DNA of 64,000 nt, taken from the sequence record MK327931.1; one strand, written 5' to 3'. A model generated the notes under the pieces. The model saw nothing but the letters and a program-made list of their open reading frames with translations. It did not search any database and was not told where the DNA came from. How positions within the stretch are numbered: the first letter of the stretch is position 1; each line of letters starts with the position of its first letter. The position numbers and the translations under genes were made by a program. Positions 30,923 to 40,778 of the stretch are shown piece after piece.

Positions 30923-31363
30923 TTAATTGAACTCTACTTCTGGATAATGATTATAGAACATCTCACGAACTGCGTCAAGATGTTCTTGAAATTGTTTTAT
31001 ATCTTCTAATGATGGTGCATCAATAACAGTACTAAGTTGAAACAACGATTCTTCTGTGTTATATAGTGACATATCAAATGAGTTATTGTTGTCATCAGTT
31101 ATGATATTATCACAAATTTCGTAAGTGTCAATACAAACATCATCAAGTGTTGTATTATCATATACAGTGTATACGAATACAAAAATAAAAGAAGAATGTT
31201 CTTTACCATAACGCGGTGGGTCATATGTCACATAGCATTTGTGGTCAAATGTATCGAGTTCCATAGACACCACCCCAGCTTCACGATATTCATTAGTTTC
31301 ACTGGTAAGATCCGGTATTGATGTTATCGAAAGTAAGTGGAGAAATTTACTTGGATTTAGCAT
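30923..31363 (-). CDS. EExFFQxST-motif family protein
   Basis: TEESLFQLSTVIDA. Confidence 0.75.
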   Translation of the reverse strand: MLNPSKFLHLLSITSIPDLTSETNEYREAGVVSMELDTFDHKCYVTYDPPRYGKEHSSFIFVFVYTVYDNTTLDDVCIDTYEICDNIITDDNNNSFDMSLYNTEESLFQLSTVIDAPSLEDIKQFQEHLDAVREMFYNHYPEVEFN

Positions 31364-31818
31364 TTCACCACCATTGGATTTTGCGACTGTATATTAAAAA
31401 GGGATAATACAAAAGTACTCAATTTTTCGAAACAATCTACTAATACATTTAACTCATCATAACTAACACCAATTTCACGAATAAGCGATTGTTGAAAGAA
31501 TCCTTCTTCGGTTAACGTTAAACTACTAACCTCAGTTATGTTATAATAACTGTGGGATGTTGTGGTTGATATTAGTTGTATTGCAATCGTATCTGATGTT
31601 GTGTTGTACAGATATAAATATTTTGTTTTTCTTTCCAATGGATCTATACATGAAAGATCGATCATGTCATAGGTTTTTCCAATAAAAATATTACAATCAT
31701 CTGACAATTCACAACAAATGCGTATATGTTCTTTCGGGTCATGAACACGTTGTGTGTCAAATTCACATGACATTGCAATTTCAAAATGATTTTTTATTTC
31801 GTCAACATTCATCTGCAC
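31357..31818 (-). CDS. EExFFQxST-motif family protein
   Basis: TEEGFFQQSLIREIG. Confidence 0.75.
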   Translation of the reverse strand: MQMNVDEIKNHFEIAMSCEFDTQRVHDPKEHIRICCELSDDCNIFIGKTYDMIDLSCIDPLERKTKYLYLYNTTSDTIAIQLISTTTSHSYYNITEVSSLTLTEEGFFQQSLIREIGVSYDELNVLVDCFEKLSTFVLSLFNIQSQNPMVVKC

Positions 31819-32186
31819 CCACCATTAATTCTTATATTTGTATAGTTTAATGCTTTTTTAATAATACCAATTTCTGTAATTCCTATTACATTTTTCTCAA
31901 TCAATGACAATTGGAATAGTTCCTCTTCGGAAATATCAATACTGTGGATTCTTGTACAATAATCGTTGAAGTCATATACATATCGTATTGTATAGTCGTT
32001 TATAGAAACTGATACAATTGCAATCCCATCATGGATGTAAGTTAGTTCATTTGAGTATCTATTAAAAATTAACCTATCTGGTGAACCTATTGGTAGTTGA
32101 AATGTATTTCTAGTATCTTGAACAATAACAAAATCATCATCTATATTTCTACTCAGAACACCCAAAATATCATATATAGTAGTCAT
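31809..32186 (-). CDS. EExFFQxST-motif family protein
   Basis: SEEELFQLSLIEKN. Confidence 0.75.
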   Translation of the reverse strand: MTTIYDILGVLSRNIDDDFVIVQDTRNTFQLPIGSPDRLIFNRYSNELTYIHDGIAIVSVSINDYTIRYVYDFNDYCTRIHSIDISEEELFQLSLIEKNVIGITEIGIIKKALNYTNIRINGGCR

Positions 32187-32187
32187 G

Positions 32188-32592
32188 TTATTCTTTACCT
32201 TCAGCAGTTCTGATAATTTTCATAACTTCTCTGGATAGTGCGTATATTTTTTTATAGTACTCAAATGTAACTGAACCAAAATCATTAATAGTACTAGCCA
32301 TGAAGAACGATTCTTCTGTATATAGTTCATTTGACAAAGCAACCAGTTCTTGGTGAAATTTTGCGTCCTTCCAATAACGAAATTCAAAAACAAATTGTCC
32401 GTCATGACCGACTCTACAACATTCAGAACGATCACTGTCTACACAGCTAAACACAATATCCCTTTCAGAGTCGTACCAGATATTTCCAATATTTGTTTCA
32501 ATAACAGCATAATCAATTTTTTTAGAATTTGGAATTAAACCTTTTTTCACCAGCACTAAACTGGTATTATCAATATCTAGTAAACTTACCAT
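32188..32592 (-). CDS. EExFFQxST-motif family protein
   Basis: TEESFFMASTINDFG. Confidence 0.75.
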   Translation of the reverse strand: MVSLLDIDNTSLVLVKKGLIPNSKKIDYAVIETNIGNIWYDSERDIVFSCVDSDRSECCRVGHDGQFVFEFRYWKDAKFHQELVALSNELYTEESFFMASTINDFGSVTFEYYKKIYALSREVMKIIRTAEGKE

Positions 32593-32593
32593 A

Positions 32594-33004
32594 TCAATTC
32601 CCCATTACTAAAGTGTTTTTAATCTCCAACAATTCACTATACATATTCTTCAATTGTAATATATCTTCAAAAGTAATACCACCAAGATCATCAACTAATG
32701 AACGTTGGAATAAAGATTCACTTGTTTGTAATGTATCTAAATCGGTGATTTTTAATAAAGAACTTGGATTAAGTGTTTCGACTAGTAGTATGTTTTTGTA
32801 TGGTACATATGTGATCTTGATGTTCTTTTTATAATTAATCTTATAAAATCGCATAATTGACGATTCATCACTTAGTTGGATAATTGGGTCGTCTTGATCA
32901 TTAGACCACCATACAGTACTAGTCATATGATTGACGTGGTGGTTCAATTCTGATATGTCCAAATCTAAAAAATATTTTAGTTCATTGTGTAAATCTAAAC
33001 TCAT
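32594..33004 (-). CDS. EExFFQxST-motif family protein
   Basis: SESLFQRSLVDDLGGIT. Confidence 0.75.
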   Translation of the reverse strand: MSLDLHNELKYFLDLDISELNHHVNHMTSTVWWSNDQDDPIIQLSDESSIMRFYKINYKKNIKITYVPYKNILLVETLNPSSLLKITDLDTLQTSESLFQRSLVDDLGGITFEDILQLKNMYSELLEIKNTLVMGN

Positions 33005-33059
33005 AAATTTATCCTCAATGCAGCATCATCATGTATTGTAGGATAAACCCACAATAATG

Positions 33060-33455
33060 TCAAGATGTGAAATAATTATACCAGTAATATAGTTCTTTTA
33101 ATTCTTCAGTACTGAACAATACTTCTTCTATTGTAGATTGTTGAAAGTGATATTCATCATTTAGATACATAGAAATATTACTATATACTTTCCTATTGTA
33201 TTGACATAAAAAAGAAGTTTTTTGATTAATGTATTCCGTAAATGTTAATTTATCTAACTCAATATCGAATGATAATTTAATAATATGACTATTATCATTT
33301 ACATACATTAGTTTCTTTGAAAAATGATCAATTGTAATATATTCTTTATGAGAGAACTGAAATATATTATTAAATTTATTACCATTTGTGCTTCTAAATT
33401 TTTCAAGGTAATAAGAAAGTGGTTTAATTATTGAAGTTCCAATATTGTTCTTCAT
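33060..33455 (-). CDS. EExFFQxST-motif family protein
   Basis: NDEYHFQQSTIEEV. Confidence 0.75.
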   Translation of the reverse strand: MKNNIGTSIIKPLSYYLEKFRSTNGNKFNNIFQFSHKEYITIDHFSKKLMYVNDNSHIIKLSFDIELDKLTFTEYINQKTSFLCQYNRKVYSNISMYLNDEYHFQQSTIEEVLFSTEELKELYYWYNYFTS

Positions 33456-33476
33456 ATATCCTCAATTTTAGATAAG

Positions 33477-33500
33477 AAAAATGCCCCGAAGATCGGGGCA
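33477..33500 (-). terminator. intrinsic terminator
   Basis: UGCCCCG stem followed by UUUUUC on the minus strand. Confidence 0.85.
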
Positions 33501-33501
33501 G

Positions 33502-33612
33502 TACTAAAATGATTTTGTACCAAAAGGGGAATAAGAACAAAATGAAAATATAATAACGCATCATTATTATGATGTAAGGGAGGAAAGTAACATGATATGT
33601 TAACCATTTCTG
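33502..33612 (-). ncRNA. candidate sRNA with anti-SD-like motifs (alternatively plus-strand minigenes)
   Basis: AATAAATA at 33616-33623, then UUUCCUCCCUUAC and a hairpin loop CUUAUUCCCCUUUU, then the terminator. Confidence 0.4.
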
Positions 33613-33618
33613 GTATAT

Positions 33619-34170
33619 TTATTTATCATTTAATTCTTTAAGTTGGGTTTGTATATCTTTAGTTATATTTCGAATTTTCTTAAAGCAATAAACACTATCG
33701 TCCAATTCGATTTTAAGTTCATGTGTAAATGCATACAGAAGTTCAGCAAATACTAAATCTTGACGCATCCAGTTTCCATCTTTATATAAAGTCATTACAC
33801 AATATGGGCATTCACTATTAGAAGTTTGCTTTCCAATAAAAACACTTTGAATTGATTCATGCTTAAAGCCAATAAAACTTTCATTTATTTTTTTAATTTC
33901 AGTACTGATATCGAATTTAGCACTGGTGTTGATTGCAAAAATTTTATTCCCACTTTCATCAGTATTGATATTGAGTTCAATATCACTACCTAGTTTACGT
34001 ACTGCTAGAGTATAAAGAAGTAATTCATACATGTCGTAACTTGTTACATTACCATTTGGTGCAATTACATCAACACTAACACCGTGCATTTTTACTTCTG
34101 TATTAAATCCATCTTTATCAGAAAGAAAATCAGTGATTTGCTTTGTAAGGATTTTAATTTGGTCTATCAT
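33619..34170 (-). CDS. hypothetical protein
   Basis: ORF with AGGG SD. Confidence 0.75.
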   Translation of the reverse strand: MIDQIKILTKQITDFLSDKDGFNTEVKMHGVSVDVIAPNGNVTSYDMYELLLYTLAVRKLGSDIELNINTDESGNKIFAINTSAKFDISTEIKKINESFIGFKHESIQSVFIGKQTSNSECPYCVMTLYKDGNWMRQDLVFAELLYAFTHELKIELDDSVYCFKKIRNITKDIQTQLKELNDK

Positions 34171-34190
34171 ATTTCATTTCCTTATGTGAT

Positions 34191-34215
34191 AAAAGCCTCC
34201 ATAATGGAGGCTTTT
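34191..34215. terminator. intrinsic terminator
   Basis: AAAAGCCTCCA-taa-TGGAGGCTTTT. Confidence 0.85.
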
Positions 34216-34223
34216 GTATTTAC

Positions 34224-34805
34224 TTAGAGAGATTCTTCGTATTCAGCAACAATCTCAACCATTTCATTAATGAACTTGATGTGAGAATGTGTCACTGTAC
34301 GGAAGTCGTAAACAAGTGACTGTTGGAAAAATACATCTTCATCAAGAGAACCATCAAAGTTCAAATCAATGTTTTCATCGTCATTGCTTGGTGCAACTTT
34401 AATATTCAGAAGATTTTCATCAATGAACTTGATGTGAGAATGTGTCACTGTACGGAAGTCGTAAACAAGTGACTGTTGGAAAAATACATCTTCATCAAGA
34501 GAACCATCAAAGTTCAAATCAATGTTTTCATCGTCATTGCTTGGTGCAACTTTAATATTCAGAAGATTTTCATCAACTGCAAGTTTTACAACACAACCCA
34601 GTGCAATGGCAAGAACATATGCTGGTTTCTTAGCTTTTTCATTACGGAATGGTGCACGTAGAGCACAAAAAGTACTGCTAATCTCATCATTTGGTTCTTT
34701 GTATTTAACATTGACCATTAGTTCTTCGATTTTGACGCTCTCAATAACACGACCAGTTTCTGGAGCGAAGAAAGAATGTTCACGGATAGTTTGTTCGATA
34801 TTCAT
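34224..34805 (-). CDS. EExFFQxST-motif family protein with the motif domain duplicated
   Basis: EDVFFQQSLVYDF occurs twice. Confidence 0.75.
   Translation of the reverse strand: MNIEQTIREHSFFAPETGRVIESVKIEELMVNVKYKEPNDEISSTFCALRAPFRNEKAKKPAYVLAIALGCVVKLAVDENLLNIKVAPSNDDENIDLNFDGSLDEDVFFQQSLVYDFRTVTHSHIKFIDENLLNIKVAPSNDDENIDLNFDGSLDEDVFFQQSLVYDFRTVTHSHIKFINEMVEIVAEYEESL
34271..34576. repeat. exact in-frame tandem duplication, 2 x 153 bp
   Basis: 34271-34423 identical to 34424-34576. Confidence 0.97.
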
Positions 34806-34808
34806 ATA

Positions 34809-35003
34809 TTATTCCTTATTTAGATTGCTAAAAATACGAAGATTGCGGTTTGCTTTAAACTGTTTCAAATCACCAAATCTATCATCAACGATGAAAGTTG
34901 CTGATTTCTTTGACTGACATATTGTACAAATCAACATACCTTGTATTGTATACTCAGTTGAGCAATTTGTACAGTACTTTTTTTCATAAAGTTCAGTACT
35001 CAT
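34809..35003 (-). CDS. small Zn-ribbon protein
   Basis: CTNC...CTIC. Confidence 0.7.
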   Translation of the reverse strand: MSTELYEKKYCTNCSTEYTIQGMLICTICQSKKSATFIVDDRFGDLKQFKANRNLRIFSNLNKE

Positions 35004-35335
35004 AAAACCTTCACATCAGTACGTTTTTCTCTTTGTTCTTTTTTAACCTCATCAGTTCTAGTATCTTCTAATTGTAACACAACTTCTTTTAGAATGTCAA
35101 CATCAATTGTTGCTTCTACATATTGATAGTCGTTTACACCAAAAACATACTTTACTGCAACCCATACACGGTTATACCATTTTAAAAAAGGATTTAAACG
35201 CATACTTATCAGACATTGACCAAGTTTATCATCTCCATATTCCTCTGTCAAGTCAAATTGTGCAATGTGAACGCAATGCTCCATTTTATCGCCACAAGAA
35301 CAACGTAAAATATACTCTTTACTATCTTCACTCAT
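35000..35335 (-). CDS. hypothetical protein
   Basis: CSCG..EH motif, possible metal binding. Confidence 0.7.
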   Translation of the reverse strand: MSEDSKEYILRCSCGDKMEHCVHIAQFDLTEEYGDDKLGQCLISMRLNPFLKWYNRVWVAVKYVFGVNDYQYVEATIDVDILKEVVLQLEDTRTDEVKKEQREKRTDVKVL

Positions 35336-35754
35336 ACTGGATAAGCCTTTAAAAATTGTTTAAGAACTCCAAACTTAGATGAATCGTAATCGTATTGATA
35401 GTTAAGCTCTCGCTTATCATTCATACGATACACCATATGAAAATTTGGATAACCAATTCTAACAGGTTTTTTAGGATTAGCAAGTAAAATTGCCCATTCT
35501 TTTACTGGAAATACGTTTTCAGTCAGCATTTTGATATTTGTTTCAAAATACTTCATGGCTTGCTTTCCGTGTTTGTAATCTTCTTCACTAATCTCTTGAC
35601 AATCAATTCTATGTGTTTCGGTATCTAACACCCATTGTTGATCTTCGGTATATAAATCAATTACATCATCAATAGTATAACTATCAGGTAAATCATAAAA
35701 TACCCAATGAGATAAACCAGAACTTACACCAATTCGAATTTTAAAGAACTTCAT
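35332..35754 (-). CDS. hypothetical protein
   Basis: ORF in packed operon. Confidence 0.75.
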   Translation of the reverse strand: MKFFKIRIGVSSGLSHWVFYDLPDSYTIDDVIDLYTEDQQWVLDTETHRIDCQEISEEDYKHGKQAMKYFETNIKMLTENVFPVKEWAILLANPKKPVRIGYPNFHMVYRMNDKRELNYQYDYDSSKFGVLKQFLKAYPV

Positions 35755-35987
35755 TCTTTATCACCTTTTACATAATTATAACACACGACACAGTGAATTA
35801 CAAGAAGAATTATTTCCACAATGTTAAGAGACAATACATGACTCTGCGGTGTGAAAAGTGCCAATAACAACATTATAGCAGGTATTGTGAATATTTTCCA
35901 AGTTTTTTTCATTTTATTCCTTTGTATATGCATATGGTAAAAATAAAACCTCTGCATTAGGAATGCATTGTGCCAATCCTTCAACAA
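35751..35987 (-). CDS. small membrane protein
   Basis: Two hydrophobic segments. Confidence 0.6.
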   Translation of the reverse strand: MLKDWHNAFLMQRFYFYHMHIQRNKMKKTWKIFTIPAIMLLLALFTPQSHVLSLNIVEIILLVIHCVVCYNYVKGDKE

Positions 35988-36400
35988 TAGATTTGTTTTA
36001 TTACATTGCCAAACTTAGTAATTTTATGTCTAAATACTTTTTTATCAACGACAATCCAGTACATGTCCATTTTAACAGTACTGTTATCAGATGGTGTTAG
36101 TAAAGTATCGATGTCATATGTATCAAAGATTTGTCGTTCATATAATCTCCTAATAAAATATTCTCGATTCTCTCTTATATACCCAGATACACAGTTAGTT
36201 GTGGCTTGGTTAGTGAATGAAATCTCACTATTGGACACGCCATTTGCATCACACAAAGGACATATTCCCATGTACTTGGGGGTCGGGTAGGTGTCCAATT
36301 TGTATTTTTCATTACACACCATGTACTGCTGTGGCAATACATCTAATATTATTTCATATTCTTCATCAAACACCTTGAAGCATACCCAACATTTACCCAT
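35981..36400 (-). CDS. Cys-containing hypothetical protein
   Basis: CWVC and CPLC motifs. Confidence 0.7.
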   Translation of the reverse strand: MGKCWVCFKVFDEEYEIILDVLPQQYMVCNEKYKLDTYPTPKYMGICPLCDANGVSNSEISFTNQATTNCVSGYIRENREYFIRRLYERQIFDTYDIDTLLTPSDNSTVKMDMYWIVVDKKVFRHKITKFGNVIKQIYC

Positions 36401-36883
36401 TATAGTTTTCCTTTAACACCGTTCTTATATATTCGAATGTTTTAACAAACCAATCATGTTCGTCGGATACATCTACAACTTTACCACCATATACATAGTA
36501 ATGGTAAAAAGGTAACTTGCTTTTTCTTAATCTTTCGGCTAACTCTGGATTTTGAATTATCTTAGCACAAATAGCATCTTGAATAATAGAAATACAATCA
36601 TCCGTCATTTCAATTCGATCATGCATATATTGTTAGCGGCTGCTTTTGCTGCTGCACCAGATACTTTTCTAAGGTCATCATGTTTTTGCCCAGTTAAAAA
36701 CCAAAAGTAAAATGTTTCAACTGAAGGGAACCAACCATATGGTTCAAGTGTGAAGCTATGTGAAGAAAAGTTAGATAGATCTCTACCTAACTTAGTTCTA
36801 GCTTTACTATAAATGTTAATGTGTCGGTATCCATCATCAGTAGGGTCAATAAAGTCAAATGACTCTTCTGGAAACTCAAACAT
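36393..36883 (-). pseudogene. NADAR-family (T4 gp30.3-like) protein split by a 1-nt frameshift near 36630
   Basis: INIYS...LSNF...F.SVE.F...SG.AA in ORF 36605-36883 continues as ...QNPELAERL..SK..H in ORF 36393-36626. Confidence 0.65.
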
Positions 36884-36885
36884 AA

Positions 36886-37122
36886 TTATTCTTCTTCTCC
36901 TGAAGGAGTTCCACGTAGTTTGTCAAAATCAACCCAAATACCATGCTGATTTTTAAATCTACATTTCTCATAGTACCAGCTATAGTCAGTTTCAACACCT
37001 TGTGATATAGATCTAACACTACAATCATACATATTATATAAATGATCCCTGACAATATACGTATTAATCAGAATAACAAACAATACAATAATACCACAGA
37101 CTTTAGGATGATCCATAATCAA
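36886..37122 (-). CDS. membrane-anchored small protein
   Basis: N-terminal TM segment. Confidence 0.65.
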   Translation of the reverse strand: MIMDHPKVCGIIVLFVILINTYIVRDHLYNMYDCSVRSISQGVETDYSWYYEKCRFKNQHGIWVDFDKLRGTPSGEEE

Positions 37123-37124
37123 AT

Positions 37125-37238
37125 CTAGAACGGAACTCGTTTCAGTACTGTCAATTTACTACGACCGATGGCAACAGCTTTCAGTACTGCTAATGATACC
37201 AGTAATGAAATAACAAGAACACTCAAATAAATTAGCAT
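37125..37238 (-). CDS. small membrane peptide (37 aa)
   Basis: MLIYLSVLVISLLVSLAVLKAVAIGRSKLTVLKRVPF. Confidence 0.5.
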   Translation of the reverse strand: MLIYLSVLVISLLVSLAVLKAVAIGRSKLTVLKRVPF

Positions 37239-37240
37239 AA

Positions 37241-37821
37241 TTAGACTCCTACACCAAAACGTAAAAGGATGTTATTAACAAACACAAAATCAAATGGAGA
37301 CTTTGGTTCAGATACCGAGTACTGAAAAGTTTCAGCGGAGAAACTTTCCCTATTGTGCCATGTTGATGAATCGATTAGTAATTGTTTATCACCAATTGAC
37401 GTTGAATGTAATGGAAAGTGTGCTGATGAATTTATGGAATACGCATTTAGTTTTCCTTGTTCATCTAATGTGATACTAAGATAATATTTTTTCTCAATAT
37501 CAGGAATAAGTTCTTTTGTATACGAATAGATTGAATCAACCCATTCATCATGTACATTTTCTGCACCAATCAGGTGTCCGAATGATAAATTACGTTTAAC
37601 TGGCTTTGATCCTGGTCGAGTTAGAATGAATTGTTTTGTTAAGTAAAAATTATTATGTTTACTTCAATATTAACATTTTTAAAATTCACAACTTTATCAT
37701 ATACATTTCGAAAAACTGTTATATCCCAAGTACTAATTTCATCCATAATACTTATCACCAGTTCTTCTAGTTCTTGGATAAATGGCAAATCATCCTGATG
37801 AAATCTAGTCATGGTTTTCAT
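37241..37821 (-). pseudogene. hypothetical gene (~190 aa) interrupted by a frameshift near 37655
   Basis: ORF 37639-37821 is followed by a start-less ~135-codon open frame ending at 37241. Confidence 0.6.
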
Positions 37822-38404
37822 ATACCTTTTTCAAATTCATAATTTCTAGAATGCTGTATTCTTTATCACCAATCAAATCTTCAGTGAATGCAGTGGGGTC
37901 GGCATCGCTATACAACTTACCATTGATGATAACACAACCATTACTAAGATACAATGCACTCATGATCTGTTGTCCTTCTTTCACATTTTGTGCTAGACCT
38001 GTATTTGTTACTACAAATCCATTTGTTGCTAATGATGATGTTAGTTCTGACCATTCAACTGATATTAAGTCGCGATAGTCCTTAGATACTTTTATATTCA
38101 CAATACAAGCAACTCGTTTAATAGGTGGAGTGCTAATCGTGTACATTTGTGGTTGTTGGTAATTAGAGTTGTATGTTTGTGGTGTTTTAACAGCAGTTCC
38201 TGAATTTTGAGTTGATTTGGTAATTACTGGTTCTACACTGGGGACTATTGTTCTTAGTGATATAATACGTCCAGTTTCATCCAATTTAAGGACTAAACGA
38301 TGAGTTTCATCCTCAGAGTAATAGGGAAACAAGCCACCGGAATTCATATTTTGAAGCATTTTAATTAATTCATAAGTATTTTTTAAAAACATAGTACACC
38401 CCAT
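37805..38404 (-). CDS. hypothetical protein
   Basis: ORF in packed operon. Confidence 0.75.
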   Translation of the reverse strand: MGCTMFLKNTYELIKMLQNMNSGGLFPYYSEDETHRLVLKLDETGRIISLRTIVPSVEPVITKSTQNSGTAVKTPQTYNSNYQQPQMYTISTPPIKRVACIVNIKVSKDYRDLISVEWSELTSSLATNGFVVTNTGLAQNVKEGQQIMSALYLSNGCVIINGKLYSDADPTAFTEDLIGDKEYSILEIMNLKKVYENHD

Positions 38405-38406
38405 AG

Positions 38407-38430
38407 AAAAGGGGAGTACAAAGTACTCCC
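38407..38430 (-). terminator. intrinsic terminator
   Basis: GGGAGTAC-ttt-GTACTCCC followed by a T-tract. Confidence 0.75.
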
Positions 38431-38439
38431 AACATTTAA

Positions 38440-38994
38440 TTATAGTTTAATTGATTCTTGAATACCAGTATCCATTGCTTTCTTGGTACGTGTATCAGAT
38501 ACTACTGTACAAAGGTGTTCAATATTTTCACTTGGAAACGTATTCGAATCAAGAATTTTGGAATTCCAGAAGCCTTTGCGGAACTTAGCATAATCAGTAC
38601 ACTGGTCAATTTTCATTTTCTGAAGATTGTTGAACTTTGTACGTCCTGCTTCAATTGTCACCATCAATTCCTGATAAATTTTAGGATCAAGATTTGGAAC
38701 CTGTTGTTGAATCTGTGACATTACAAACTTCTGGTCAACACCTTCACGCCCTTTAAAGTATGACTCAATCGTTTCTTTCAACGCATTTTTGTACTTATCT
38801 GCTACTTGAACCTTATCTTGAATAGTAAGAGTATAATTGCTAAGTTGACTTTCAGATGCATCATAGTACTTTTTAATGTTTCCTTCAAACTCAACTGCAC
38901 GATCATGTGCACCAACATACATACTAATAGAACCAAACACCATTAGTACAATAACTACCAAAATACCAATTAACGCAAGGAGTTTACCATTCAT
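38440..38994 (-). CDS. membrane-anchored helical protein (LemA-like architecture)
   Basis: Single N-terminal TM, helical soluble domain. Confidence 0.65.
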   Translation of the reverse strand: MNGKLLALIGILVVIVLMVFGSISMYVGAHDRAVEFEGNIKKYYDASESQLSNYTLTIQDKVQVADKYKNALKETIESYFKGREGVDQKFVMSQIQQQVPNLDPKIYQELMVTIEAGRTKFNNLQKMKIDQCTDYAKFRKGFWNSKILDSNTFPSENIEHLCTVVSDTRTKKAMDTGIQESIKL

Positions 38995-40085
38995 AAATCG
39001 TTATCCCTCATATAAAGGCCAATGAAAATAGACAGAATCAACAAAACAATGGAAGCACCGATAAGAACATCTTTTCTAGGTTCCATTTTTACTGACAAGT
39101 ACTCAAACTCTTTATTAGAGAGTCTCTCAAACTGTGTGTCAATATTATGTACTTCTTTAACTAGTAAGTCAAGAGTTAATTTTTCATTTAATGCATCAAT
39201 ACGCATCTTTGCATGTAACTCTTCATTCTTCATTCCTTGTGCAAATGATGTACTGTAAAATTTGACAACGTTACCATCATTGTCAATACCAAAGAACATA
39301 ATAACATCATTCTTCTTACCACCACGCCACGATGCAAGGGTAGCATCAACAAAATCCACATCTTTGTAATCATAAACTAGTACTTGGATGTTTACCTGCT
39401 TTCGTGCACCCATCGTTTTTAGCTCATTACGAAGGTATTCATCGTAACCATCAACGTTGTAATTTGTAGTGTTAATTACGTGATGTGTTTTGTAATAATC
39501 AACTACACTTGGGTATTCTGGAATAGTACTAAGATACTTTTCATCATACATGTTGTGTAGTTCTTCAGGACTAAACAATGAGTTCTTATCAGCAAATAGA
39601 TAGTTGATATATGAACTCTCTGCGGCGGCATAGTCACCAATCATAACTTGCTGCCAACGTGGTGGTGTCATTGTACCTTGACGGTTCACACGTTCAATCT
39701 CAAACTCACCTACTGTACTTTTCACATACCAATCAACTTCATATGAGTAATCAAAAACCTTATATGATTCACACTCACGATGTGATTTACCTTTACTATC
39801 ATATCGCGTATGGCACTTCTCATGCCATGTATAGTGCTTACATGAACTAGATTGTGTGCAATATTCTTTGTGGCTGTATTTTGAAGTTACTTGACCATTC
39901 AGAATCTCAACATCATAAAGCTGGCTATAGTTGATTGCGTATGAAATACCAAGAACAAGAGCCGCACCAACCAGACAACAAGCAATATGAATCAATAGTT
40001 CTTTAGTACTGATATGCTTATCGTACATGTATTTCATAACGAATACAACGATAAGAGCAGGTATTAACAGAATAATGAAATTCAT
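38991..40085 (-). CDS. inner-membrane protein with a large periplasmic domain
   Basis: Two N-terminal TMs, one C-terminal TM, Cys-rich loop. Confidence 0.75.
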   Translation of the reverse strand: MNFIILLIPALIVVFVMKYMYDKHISTKELLIHIACCLVGAALVLGISYAINYSQLYDVEILNGQVTSKYSHKEYCTQSSSCKHYTWHEKCHTRYDSKGKSHRECESYKVFDYSYEVDWYVKSTVGEFEIERVNRQGTMTPPRWQQVMIGDYAAAESSYINYLFADKNSLFSPEELHNMYDEKYLSTIPEYPSVVDYYKTHHVINTTNYNVDGYDEYLRNELKTMGARKQVNIQVLVYDYKDVDFVDATLASWRGGKKNDVIMFFGIDNDGNVVKFYSTSFAQGMKNEELHAKMRIDALNEKLTLDLLVKEVHNIDTQFERLSNKEFEYLSVKMEPRKDVLIGASIVLLILSIFIGLYMRDNDL

Positions 40086-40088
40086 GTA

Positions 40089-40778
40089 TTAATCCATTTT
40101 AAGCTTGTTTAGACAGAATGAAATCTGGATTGCTTCACGTGCTGCATCAAACAGTGGGTGATGTAACTCCAACCCATTAATCCCACACGTATTTGCATAT
40201 GTGATAAATTTATCCAACTGTACCGAAACGATTTCATCCATTTCAATACGAGCTTCTTCATTCAATAAACGTTTCAATGTGCGTGCATTTTCAGGTGCAT
40301 CATACTTCCACAACTCACCAGCGTTCATTAGTTTTAAATGGTTTGCTTGTAAAATACTACAATCGAAGTTACATCCGTTGCCCCAGACTGAATGAGGAAC
40401 TTCTTCACCATAATCATTGTAACGTAATTCTTTCCAGAAATCAACAATACTACTGTATGCAAAAAATCGTCGTGATTGACCATTCGGTCCATACAGTTCA
40501 GGTGCTTTGAGTTTCATAGTACTGGCAACTTCAGAATATGCATTAGAGTATTCTTTCTGACATGTATTCATCCAAAAATCCATTGCACCTGCGTCTGATT
40601 TTAAACCAGCAGCAACTTGATCCTGGTATGGTAATTTAATATATAAGAACTGACGAATGTCATTTTCAGGTTTACTTGGAACTACTACTGCTGCGTAATT
40701 TGGGATAATAATATCATAACCGGAAAGTTCAGGTGTTCCAAGAGCTTCAATATCAACACTAATATGACGACGTTTCAT
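40089..40778 (-). CDS. DEDDh 3'-5' exonuclease (Rv2179c-like exoribonuclease family)
   Basis: VDIEALG, WGNG..FD, HHPLFDA motifs. Confidence 0.8.
   Translation of the reverse strand: MKRRHISVDIEALGTPELSGYDIIIPNYAAVVVPSKPENDIRQFLYIKLPYQDQVAAGLKSDAGAMDFWMNTCQKEYSNAYSEVASTMKLKAPELYGPNGQSRRFFAYSSIVDFWKELRYNDYGEEVPHSVWGNGCNFDCSILQANHLKLMNAGELWKYDAPENARTLKRLLNEEARIEMDEIVSVQLDKFITYANTCGINGLELHHPLFDAAREAIQISFCLNKLKMD

Noticed and set aside
34271-34576. 153-bp repeat (and the MTHEEW repeats) as DGR template and variable regions
   Set aside because: The 153-bp copies are identical, MTHEEW differences are not adenine-specific, and no reverse transcriptase is in the window
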